From NCBI GenBank assembly GCA_049318285.1, contig JBMOGP010000001.1:1-30007 (forward strand): a stretch of DNA of 30,007 nucleotides. The letters run 5' to 3'. Both the position numbers and the translations under genes were made by a program. Positions within the stretch are counted from its first letter, which is position 1. Each line of letters opens with the position of its first letter. A model generated the notes under the pieces. It searched no databases, was not told the DNA's origin, and saw nothing but the letters and a program-made list of their open reading frames with translations. Shown here one piece after another: positions 1 through 7,468 of this stretch. This DNA comes from Hyphomonadaceae bacterium (lineage in GTDB: Bacteria; Pseudomonadota; Alphaproteobacteria; Caulobacterales; Hyphomonadaceae).

Positions 1-4
1 CTAG

Positions 5-712
5 TTGGCCCAGCTCATCGTCGACCTCGAAAACGCAGTGCGCGACGCCTTCGACGAGGAAGAAGTGCCCGAAGAGGCGCTCCATCTCTGGGTCGTAACT
101 GTCTCGCCTCCAAAATCGGGCGTCTACACCGTACTGGACGGACAGCAGCGCTTCATCGTGCTCGCCATGTTCCTCGCCTTCGCGCGCGATCGCGCCCGCA
201 CCAACCGCGAGCGCAACCCGCTCGACCGGCTTCTCGTAGGCCGCGCCATCGGCCGCCCGCCTGAACCGCGCTTCCGCCTCACGCCGGAAGACGATGCCTG
301 GTTTGCGCATTTCATTCTTCCGGCCGGCGCAACGAAACGCCTGCCCGCGACCGCTCCGCTTGGCTCGCCACGCGAACTCCTGCTCGCTGCGCGCTTCATG
401 GAGCGGTGCTTCAGCGGCTATAGCGCCGGCGACGTTCGTAAGATCGTCGATTTCCTGCTGCACCACAACGGCATGGTCCGTTCGCTGGCGCAACCGCAAG
501 CGCCCCCCGAGGTCGTCCAGGCGTTCCAGGCTGCAATCGCAGCACAGGCTCAGCCATTCGCTGCGCCATCGGTGCAGACGCAGGCGCCTCTGCCCCTGCC
601 GAAGCCAGCTCTTGCAGCGCCGCCTCCACCGCCGAAGGCTCGTCCACCCTTCTCCATGCCTCTTTGGAACGACCCCGCGCCTGCCGATCGCCATCGCGTA
701 GCCGCTGAGTAG
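5..712 (+). CDS. DUF262 (GmrS/ParB-like) domain protein with Pro/Ala/Gln-rich tail; 5' part separated by in-frame TAG at 2-4, possibly a pseudogene
   Basis: VLDGQQRF signature and preceding QLIVDL helix typical of DUF262. No N-terminal IPxYQRxYxW motif (TAG lies directly upstream of the TTG), no FxxxNxRG motif, no DUF1524/HNH domain. Ends RVAAE. Confidence 0.7.
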   Translation: MAQLIVDLENAVRDAFDEEEVPEEALHLWVVTVSPPKSGVYTVLDGQQRFIVLAMFLAFARDRARTNRERNPLDRLLVGRAIGRPPEPRFRLTPEDDAWFAHFILPAGATKRLPATAPLGSPRELLLAARFMERCFSGYSAGDVRKIVDFLLHHNGMVRSLAQPQAPPEVVQAFQAAIAAQAQPFAAPSVQTQAPLPLPKPALAAPPPPPKARPPFSMPLWNDPAPADRHRVAAE

Positions 713-718
713 GATCTC

Positions 719-910
719 ATGACCCAAGCAGCCCGTTCGGCCCTCGCCGTCCGCTTGGGTATGCGCGTCGTGCTCGCAGTTGGCATCATCGGCCTTATGT
801 GCCTGTCGTTCTGGCCTGACGCTCGAACTCATACACTGCTTGCACCGGCGGAAGCTCAAGCCCTCAACTTGAGGAGCCGCAGCGCGGCGTCACGCAGGAC
901 GAGGGCTTGA
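719..910 (+). CDS. small hypothetical membrane protein (63 aa)
   Basis: ATG 6 nt after the upstream stop, AGGA just before it, one hydrophobic stretch (VVLAVGIIGLMCLSFW). Confidence 0.45.
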   Translation: MTQAARSALAVRLGMRVVLAVGIIGLMCLSFWPDARTHTLLAPAEAQALNLRSRSAASRRTRA

Positions 911-1395
911 GACGGACGGCGTCTCCGCCGCCTAATGCGCCGGCGCGAACACCACCGCTACGCCAAGCATGACGATGCAAGACCTGCAGACGGCATCCAG
1001 CCGTTCCGGCGCAAAACCCGCACTCGCCGCCGCCGGGGTCAGCCTAACGCAGCTATACGCCATTGGATCTCGCTCAGAGACGTCATGAGCCAGCTCCCCT
1101 GCGCCCGAACTCTGCGCGGTGCGCGGGTCGGAGATCGCAGTCATCGGCGCAGATTCTCGCACGATGACAATTGTGGGCTAATCGTCGCCAATGTTGATGG
1201 ATCCGGCCGGCAAGCGAGTCGGCGCGAAGGCGTCTCGGTCTCTTGTCTTCGCGGTCTGTGGTCGCGCGCCCGACACTATCGCTTCCTCCAATTAGAGTTA
1301 GCAAGACCCTGCTTTACCTCGCCAGACTTTTTCATTTCCTGCCAAGCTTGAATAACGGTTTTCCCTCAAACTCCGCCTCGTTGAGGGAGAGCAGA

Positions 1396-1617
1396 ATGGC
1401 AATTGATGTGATTTCAGCCGACCGCGTAGCCGCCGCAGACCGCAGTGATGCGGCCCGCACCGTGGCGCGCCAAGACCTGTTGGCGCACGCTGAAGCCCGC
1501 CGCGGCACGCGCGTCGAGGAAGCAAAGCCTTCAGCCGCCGCACGCCCCACGCCCGCAGAACGTGCCACCGATAATCCCGCTCCGCTGCCCGCACGGCTGC
1601 TCGATCTCCTGGCCTGA
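1396..1617 (+). CDS. small hypothetical protein (73 aa) ending PARLLDLLA
   Basis: GGGAGAG RBS before ATG 1396 (internal start of track ORF 1243..1617). Ala-rich sequence with a C-terminal xLD motif like 2332..2631. Confidence 0.65.
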   Translation: MAIDVISADRVAAADRSDAARTVARQDLLAHAEARRGTRVEEAKPSAAARPTPAERATDNPAPLPARLLDLLA

Positions 1618-1749
1618 GCGGCTTCGCCTCATCGTTACCCACGCACCAGCCTTCGCGCTGGAACCGATATGCCCGCGCGCACGCGACCTTGATGCGCGCA
1701 TGTCAGCCTGTTTCAGTCGTTCCAGATACGACCGGCCAAGGCTGCGCCC

Positions 1750-1947
1750 ATGTCATGCGATCTGCCATTCATCCATGAACGCGCGCCACCTCACGTCGCC
1801 CTGCAGCGCCAGCGCGCGATCTATCTCGACGCGCAAAGCTCCGACCGAACGGTCCGGAAAGCGCGCAACCTTGCCGAACTGCTCGCGCGCGGCTACTGCG
1901 CTTGCGCCGACGCACACACCGCCTTGCTGATCGACGTGAAAACCTGA
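1750..1947 (+). CDS. small hypothetical protein (65 aa) ending ALLIDVKT
   Basis: Track ORF, same strand as its neighbours, shares the terminal L-[LIV]-D-[LIV]-x-[AVT] pattern. RBS weak. Confidence 0.5.
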   Translation: MSCDLPFIHERAPPHVALQRQRAIYLDAQSSDRTVRKARNLAELLARGYCACADAHTALLIDVKT

Positions 1948-2215
1948 GAAGGCGCGGAGGGGCGCACCGCTCATGTGCGCCCTCGGAAGGAAGCGGATAC
2001 TTCCCGCGATCGCGACAAAAATGTTTTGGGAGGCGCTCGCGCCGCATCGCGCCGACGCACAGGCAGACGAACGGCTTTTGGCACGCAAGAGGCATCCAGA
2101 AAACTGGTCCAGCACATCGGCCTCTCCTCAAAGTCCTGGCTGCCCGTTCGCCGCCCAAGTCGCGGTCTGATCCGCCCATCGCGCCGCTGCTACGCGAGGC
2201 AAGTGCGCAATCTTT

Positions 2216-2331
2216 GAATCGCGGCTGCCGTTCTGTTAACTGTTTTTTCCTTGAAAAAGGCCGTTATTGCTCATTTCCGTTAAGTCACGATTCATTCAGC
2301 CGGCATATTTTTCTGAGCTGGGGATCGAGTC
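2216..2331 (+). promoter_or_regulatory. AT-rich promoter region with CtrA-like box and three GANTC (CcrM) sites
   Basis: TTAA-GTCACGA-TTCA at 2280-2294 (one mismatch to TTAA-N7-TTAA), GTTAAC at 2235-2240, GAATC 2216-2220, GATTC 2289-2293, GAGTC 2327-2331. Confidence 0.55.
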
Positions 2332-2631
2332 ATGAGCGCTTTTTCACCGGTGACGATCGGACCAAGTTCGGTTCGTTACGCCGCACAGATCAGGGAACTG
2401 CTCTTCGCCGAGGCGCTCCGGCGCATGGTCGCCGATCAGGAAGCTGCACGCACACAGTTGAAAGCCGAACGGGCCGCGAGCCTCGAGGCCGCGGCTAAAG
2501 CTGAAGCATCGCCGCAAAATGCACCGACCCGGCCAACGGTGCTCGAGGACGTCAAGCCTTTGGAAGCCGTCGCAGATACCCGGCAAGGCGCCGCCACGAC
2601 GCCTGCGCGACTGGTCGATATCCAGGTCTGA
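2332..2631 (+). CDS. small hypothetical protein (99 aa) ending PARLVDIQV, reminiscent of the YjfB-like C-terminal motif
   Basis: ATG after the AT-rich promoter region. Helical N-half, Ala/Pro/Thr linker, terminal RLVDIQV. Confidence 0.7.
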   Translation: MSAFSPVTIGPSSVRYAAQIRELLFAEALRRMVADQEAARTQLKAERAASLEAAAKAEASPQNAPTRPTVLEDVKPLEAVADTRQGAATTPARLVDIQV

Positions 2632-2825
2632 TCGCGGACGCGCGCGGCCAGCAGAAGTCAGGACGCGACTTTTTTTCCGCCCGCTACCAATCCGCCCCAC
2701 GTCTCGTCGAACGCGAACTCCGCGGCGTGATGCGCCTGCACGACAGCTTCGGCTACCTGCTCCTCGCCACCATCTGCGAACTGGACGACGAGGGAGCAGT
2801 CGTGGACTTCGCTATGCTGCGATAG
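2628..2825 (+). CDS. unlisted ORF or gene remnant (65 aa if CTG start)
   Basis: Frame reads (L)IADARGQQKSGRDFFSARYQSAPRLVERELRGVMRLHDSFGYLLLATICELDDEGAVVDFAMLR*. CTG overlaps the upstream TGA, and the TAG ends 2 nt before the convergent VOC stop. Confidence 0.35.
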   Translation: MIADARGQQKSGRDFFSARYQSAPRLVERELRGVMRLHDSFGYLLLATICELDDEGAVVDFAMLR

Positions 2826-2827
2826 GC

Positions 2828-3208
2828 CTACCCCATCCGCTTAAGCGCGCAGATCTTGTTCCCATCGGGATCACGCAGATAGGCAAGATACATCTCGACC
2901 GCACCGCCCTTGCGGATGCCCGGCGGATTCTCGACCGCCGTGCCGCCATTCGCCACGCCCGCAGCGTGCCATGCATCCGCCTGCTCGGGCGTGTCGACAG
3001 CGAAGCCGATCGTGCCGCCGTTCGCGAAGCAAGCCCTCTCCCCGTTGATCGGAATGCTTACGCCGAACGTGCCCGTCTTTGTGCGCCAGAAAACGCGCCC
3101 TTTGTCGTCCACGAACCCCGGCTTCACGCCCAGCGCGCCGAGCACGGCGTCATAGAACTTCTTTGATTTCTCGAGATCGTTCGTCCCGACCATCACATGT
3201 GAGAACAT
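2828..3208 (-). CDS. VOC/glyoxalase/bleomycin-resistance family protein
   Basis: MFSHVMVGTNDLEKSKKFYDAVL...YLAYLRDPDGNKICA. GGAGAG RBS before ATG 3208. Confidence 0.92.
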   Translation of the reverse strand: MFSHVMVGTNDLEKSKKFYDAVLGALGVKPGFVDDKGRVFWRTKTGTFGVSIPINGERACFANGGTIGFAVDTPEQADAWHAAGVANGGTAVENPPGIRKGGAVEMYLAYLRDPDGNKICALKRMG

Positions 3209-3290
3209 GCCACTCTCCATTCGCGCCCGTTCGGCGTACGGCCGGACATGCGCGAACGCTCGCGGCTTGGCAATCCTCTCGTGAGGACAG

Positions 3291-3533
3291 CTAGTTCGGC
3301 TTGGTCGATGCGTCTCCGTCGATCGCATCCGCCACCGAGTCCACGTCGTTCCTGCGCTCGGTCCTGACCGTGTTGTCGATCGCCTCTCCGGCCTTTTCCA
3401 TCGCGCCGTCGCGCAGGTCACGCTCGCCACGCACGTCGTCGATCGCATTGTCCATGCCCTCACCGGCCTTTTCGCAAGCGCCCAGCCCCGCGACACCCAG
3501 AATGGCCACGGCCATCATTGCAGCTTTCATCAT
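3291..3533 (-). CDS. small acidic lipoprotein, stress-protein-like (80 aa)
   Basis: AGGAGG RBS, lipobox LGAC, internal repeats (KAGEGMDNAIDD / KAGEAIDNTV). Confidence 0.8.
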   Translation of the reverse strand: MMKAAMMAVAILGVAGLGACEKAGEGMDNAIDDVRGERDLRDGAMEKAGEAIDNTVRTERRNDVDSVADAIDGDASTKPN

Positions 3534-3577
3534 GTGCAGTCCTCCTGCCGGCGCACGCGCGCCGGGTCCGACGCATC

Positions 3578-3602
3578 AACGTGCGAGACGCCAATCCGTT
3601 TC
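3578..3602 (-). promoter_or_regulatory. candidate sigma-EcfG/sigma-T (general stress response) promoter
   Basis: Minus strand reads GAAAC-N16-CGTT (consensus GGAAC-N16/17-CGTT), ending 45 nt upstream of the lipoprotein start. Confidence 0.45.
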
Positions 3603-3770
3603 GCGCCGCACGCCCTATCCCGACAAGAAGACACTCACGGACATTCGCGACGACTAGTTCCGTAACGGAAGGCTCGACGCACCGATGTTGTTCACGACCG
3701 CGAGACCACGGCTCGTCCGCGAGCGAACCTTGTGCAAGGATCACATCAAGATCACGCAAGGAACATCTAC

Positions 3771-4814
3771 ATGATGCGCTTCTCGGTCCTCTGCACAGCT
3801 GCCGCTCTGATCTCCTGTGGCGCCGCCTACGCCCAGGCTGGCGGCCCTATTCCTCGCACCACCGAAGGCAAGCCTGACTTTCAGGGTGTGTGGACGAATT
3901 CCTCGATCACGCGGCTCGAGCGCGTGCCAGAATTCAAGGACCTCGTGATTTCAGAAGCCGACGCGAAGCAGTGGGAGATGGACGCCGCCAGCGTCGCGGC
4001 CGCGGACAACGCCCCGACTGCACAGGACAAGGGCGCGCCTGAAGTGGGAGATGATCCCGCCGGCTACAACAATTTCTGGATCGACCCCGGCAGGCAGGTC
4101 GGCAAGATCAACGGCACATACCGTTCCTCGTGGATCACCGATCCACCAAACGGAAAAGTGCCGTACACGCCCGCCGGCCGCGCAGCGATGATGAAGACGG
4201 TAAGCACCTACAACATGTTCGACAATCCGGAGGAGCGCATCCCGATCGAGCGCTGCCTCATCGGCTTCGCCTCGACCGGCGGCCCGCCCATGCTGAACGC
4301 GCTCTACAACAACCACCAGCAGATCATCCAGACACCCGACGCCATCGCGATCAACATCGAGATGGTTCACGACACGCGGATCGTCCGGATGAACGGTCAG
4401 CACAACCCCGACAACATGCGCCAGTACCTCGGCACCAGCGTCGGCAAGTGGGATGGCGACACGCTGGTCGTCGAAACCGTCGGCTTCAAGGCGGTAGAAT
4501 CGGTTCGCGTTGACTTCGGCCTTTTTGTCTACATCTCGCCAGACTCGAAAGTCACCGAGCGCTTCACGATGCGGGACAACGATACGATCTTCTACCAGTT
4601 CACCGTCGAGGATCCCGCAGCCTACACCCAGCCGTGGAAAGGCGAGCTCAACTTCCGCCGCTCGCCGGATCGTATTTACGAATACGCCTGTCATGAGGGG
4701 AATTACGCGGTTCCGAACATCCTCCTTGGCGCGCGCGAGCTGGAACGTGCTGGCCTGAAGCAGCCGGTCGTGAAGCGCGGCATCGGCCGCCTCGACCGTC
4801 CGGCGGCACAGTAG
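3771..4814 (+). CDS. conserved secreted hypothetical protein
   Basis: AAGGA RBS before ATG 3771, signal peptide ending AYA-Q, motifs KPDFQGVWTN, GKWDGDTLVVET and YEYACHEGNY, strong high-GC codon bias. Confidence 0.85.
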   Translation: MMRFSVLCTAAALISCGAAYAQAGGPIPRTTEGKPDFQGVWTNSSITRLERVPEFKDLVISEADAKQWEMDAASVAAADNAPTAQDKGAPEVGDDPAGYNNFWIDPGRQVGKINGTYRSSWITDPPNGKVPYTPAGRAAMMKTVSTYNMFDNPEERIPIERCLIGFASTGGPPMLNALYNNHQQIIQTPDAIAINIEMVHDTRIVRMNGQHNPDNMRQYLGTSVGKWDGDTLVVETVGFKAVESVRVDFGLFVYISPDSKVTERFTMRDNDTIFYQFTVEDPAAYTQPWKGELNFRRSPDRIYEYACHEGNYAVPNILLGARELERAGLKQPVVKRGIGRLDRPAAQ

Positions 4815-5011
4815 ACATCGCGACGCTTGTCGCAGCGCGCTTCTGTTACTGTCGGCAGTCTACTGCCGGAAGGCGGAAGCGCCCCGGCCAAGCTGAACAG
4901 CTATTGTGAACGACTTCCCGCCGTCTTCACGGCCAGCGGCGATCGACGCGCTAGCACTAAACCCGACCGGTGAAAGTGTCTGCCGGCAGCCGGTCCAGCG
5001 TCCGCGATGTT

Positions 5012-6367
5012 TCACGCCCCATGCATCGTCCAATGTGGCTTTGCAGACCCAAGCTCGCACGCAGGCGATCGCCAGGTCATTGCGATCTCGCCGACCTGCA
5101 ACGGTGACTTCAACCGCCGGGCATCTCCCCACGGGGTTCGTTCCAAATCCTCGGCCCAGTCTTTGTCTGCGAAAATCAGGCTCGTCGTAGCAGCGTCCTC
5201 CTGCAGATGGGCAGCCAGAAGCTCTGCGGTCCGCGCCAAGGACAATCGCGCATCCGCGACAGGCTCATCGCGCTCACAAGCCAGGATTGCTCGAATCACC
5301 GCCGCCGCCATCAGGTAGCCCGTTGCGTGATCGAGCGCCTGTACGGGCAATGGCGTCGGCTTGGTCGCGGCGGCCCAGGTCATTCCGGCGTGAGCGATTC
5401 CGCTGCTCATCTGAACGAGACTGTCGAATCCCCGGCGACCCGCCCACGGTCCAGACCACCCATAAGCGTCGAGACAGACCTCGATCACATTGGGGGCGAT
5501 GCTGCGACGCCATTCGCTTCCGATTTTCAGGCCTTCCAGCGCACCAGGCCGATATCCGTGCACAAGTACATCCGCTTCGCAGAGAAGCCTCTCAAAGATC
5601 TGTCGGGATCCGCTGTCGCGCAAATCAAGTGTCGCACATTTCTTGCCGAGCGTGATATCGGGAACGACGTTGGGTTCGTCCCAGCCCGGAGGATCAAGCC
5701 TCAGCACGCTTGCGCCAAACGCCGCCAGAGTTCGCGTTGCGACGGGACCAGCGAGGACACGCGTCAGGTCAAGCACACGCAAGCCCTCAAGCGGCGCCCC
5801 TGAAGCAGTCGGGCGCCGCGGTCGTTGAATGCGACGCTCATTGCTCCAGGCAACAAGCGGTTCACCGGAGATCGCAATGCCTTGCGGGTGGGCTTTCCAT
5901 TCAGCGCGACTTCGCATCGCAGCGGCCACACCGCCAGCCTCGACGATTGCCGTTTCAAGATCGTCCCCGGCGCAAGCGGCAACAGCTGCAGCGACTGCAT
6001 CGCGTTCCGGCGCGACGCCCAGAACCTTACAGGCCGCCGCTCTGTGATGTGGAAGGTTCGTGTGCAGTTTGATCCAGCCATCCTTGGTGCGATAGTCGCC
6101 CGCAATCGCATCCCAGACTGGCGGCAAACTCCAGCCGACAGGGTCAATCGACCGGGCAAACCAGAGTGACGCGAGGCGCTGGTCGACGACCACAGAAGGA
6201 GACTTTTGTTTGGTGCTGCGCGCAGCGACCAGCTCCGCGAGCGCACAGCCGACAGCGCCTATGGACTGCACCGCGAGGTCTGACACACGATAACGGGACG
6301 GCCAAAGGTCAGTCCCGCTGACCTCAAAGTCGATACTCAATCGAAGCGACGACTGGATTTCGTCCAT
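5012..6367 (-). CDS. class III CoA-transferase (CaiB/BaiF family)
   Basis: PLEGLRVLDLTRVLAGPVATRTLAAFGASVLRLD, ADVLVHGYRPGAL, RRGFDSLVQ, catalytic-Asp region LDHATG. Confidence 0.92.
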   Translation of the reverse strand: MDEIQSSLRLSIDFEVSGTDLWPSRYRVSDLAVQSIGAVGCALAELVAARSTKQKSPSVVVDQRLASLWFARSIDPVGWSLPPVWDAIAGDYRTKDGWIKLHTNLPHHRAAACKVLGVAPERDAVAAAVAACAGDDLETAIVEAGGVAAAMRSRAEWKAHPQGIAISGEPLVAWSNERRIQRPRRPTASGAPLEGLRVLDLTRVLAGPVATRTLAAFGASVLRLDPPGWDEPNVVPDITLGKKCATLDLRDSGSRQIFERLLCEADVLVHGYRPGALEGLKIGSEWRRSIAPNVIEVCLDAYGWSGPWAGRRGFDSLVQMSSGIAHAGMTWAAATKPTPLPVQALDHATGYLMAAAVIRAILACERDEPVADARLSLARTAELLAAHLQEDAATTSLIFADKDWAEDLERTPWGDARRLKSPLQVGEIAMTWRSPACELGSAKPHWTMHGA

Positions 6368-6850
6368 TCAGAAAACTGCCTTCGCATACAGCACGCACCC
6401 TACTGGCCCTCACGCCGCGCCAGCAATTGAGAACCCTGCCTGCCTTGCGCGTATTCTGTTCAAGGCCTCTCGTTCGCCGAAACGGCATGTCACCATACCG
6501 CTCATCCATGCGCCACAGGCCAGTAGCAGGGTCAGGGTCTGCGACGTCGCGCTCCGCCAGATATCTTCGCCGAGAACCGGCCTGCGCCGACTTCCTCGAA
6601 GAGCGTCACAATCCTTGTCGCATCGGTGTTGGCGCGGGAGCCGGCCGAGTGGCGACCTCACAGTCGTCGCGATCAAGCCAGACATGGGGAAATCGCAGTC
6701 TTTGGAATGCAGTAGCGGATCGTCCAACGAACCGATGGGGGCCAGAAAGTGTCTCTCCACGTGGTCGCTCAACACACACCACCGTCGCCGGTTGACCTGC
6801 CCCACTCCACCCGGCAACTGTCGCCCACGGGAAAGCGCGGGACCACCGGC

Positions 6851-7252
6851 ATGCTCGACGGCATCTTGAAGACGATCACATCAGGTGCGTTCCTCGGAAC
6901 GCTCGGCAAGGGCGTCGCTACCGCCGCCTTCATCATTGCCCTGTCGGAAATCGCCAAGCGTTCCACCTGGCTTGCCGCAGCCCTTGTCGCCTTGCCGCTC
7001 GCCACCATGCTCACCGTCGCCCTGATCGCGCTCGATTCGCAGAAGGGCGGCGCCGAGGTCGCCACAGCCTTCGCGCTGAAAACCTTCCTGCTGTTCTGGC
7101 CCGGCCTGATCTTCTTCATCGGCCTCCTCGGGCTGCAGAAACTCGGCATCAGCTTCTGGCCGGCCTTTGGCGGGTCGGTCATCGCCTGCTTCGTGGCGAC
7201 ATGGGGCTTCTCCTTCCTGCTGACGTCGCAGGGCTGGATCGGCAAGGACTAG
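6851..7252 (+). CDS. DUF3147-like membrane protein
   Basis: IIALSEIAKRSTWLAAALVALPL motif, about 4 hydrophobic segments, ATG at 6851. Confidence 0.8.
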   Translation: MLDGILKTITSGAFLGTLGKGVATAAFIIALSEIAKRSTWLAAALVALPLATMLTVALIALDSQKGGAEVATAFALKTFLLFWPGLIFFIGLLGLQKLGISFWPAFGGSVIACFVATWGFSFLLTSQGWIGKD

Positions 7253-7255
7253 CGC

Positions 7256-7468
7256 GTGCCAGAACAGAAACCCACCCGCGCCGCAATCCTAATCGCGCTC
7301 GCCGCCGTGGTGGTGGGCGCTCCGCTCATCGGCGTCTACGCGTTCTCCCCGCTGATGTTCGTCGGGGGCATCGAGCCCTATCAGCTTGCCGTTGCTGTCG
7401 GCGTCATGCTGGCCGAAGCCCTCGCCGTCGGCGCGCTCGCCTGGCTCGTCATGCGCACGCGGAAATAG
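7256..7468 (+). CDS. small 2-TM hypothetical protein (70 aa)
   Basis: GTG 3 nt after the DUF3147 stop, two hydrophobic helices, basic C-terminus. Confidence 0.6.
   Translation: MPEQKPTRAAILIALAAVVVGAPLIGVYAFSPLMFVGGIEPYQLAVAVGVMLAEALAVGALAWLVMRTRK

Noticed and set aside
1973-2217. ORFs 1973..2170, 1975..2217 and antisense 1753..2115 / 1769..2179
   Set aside because: Competing frames with none clearly coding. They lack the shared C-terminal motif and any family signature.
2655-2676. AAGTC/GACTT hairpin followed by a T-run as an intrinsic terminator
   Set aside because: The stem is only 5 bp and AT-rich, and it lies inside a protein-like open frame. Not supportable on its own.
3951-4694. Long antisense ORF (247 aa), and similar ones at 12316..13347+, 13451..14416+, 15110..16291-, 17962..18636-, 19499..20524- and 23683..24546+
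   Set aside because: Shadow frames of clearly identified high-GC genes on the opposite strand, with no family motifs of their own.
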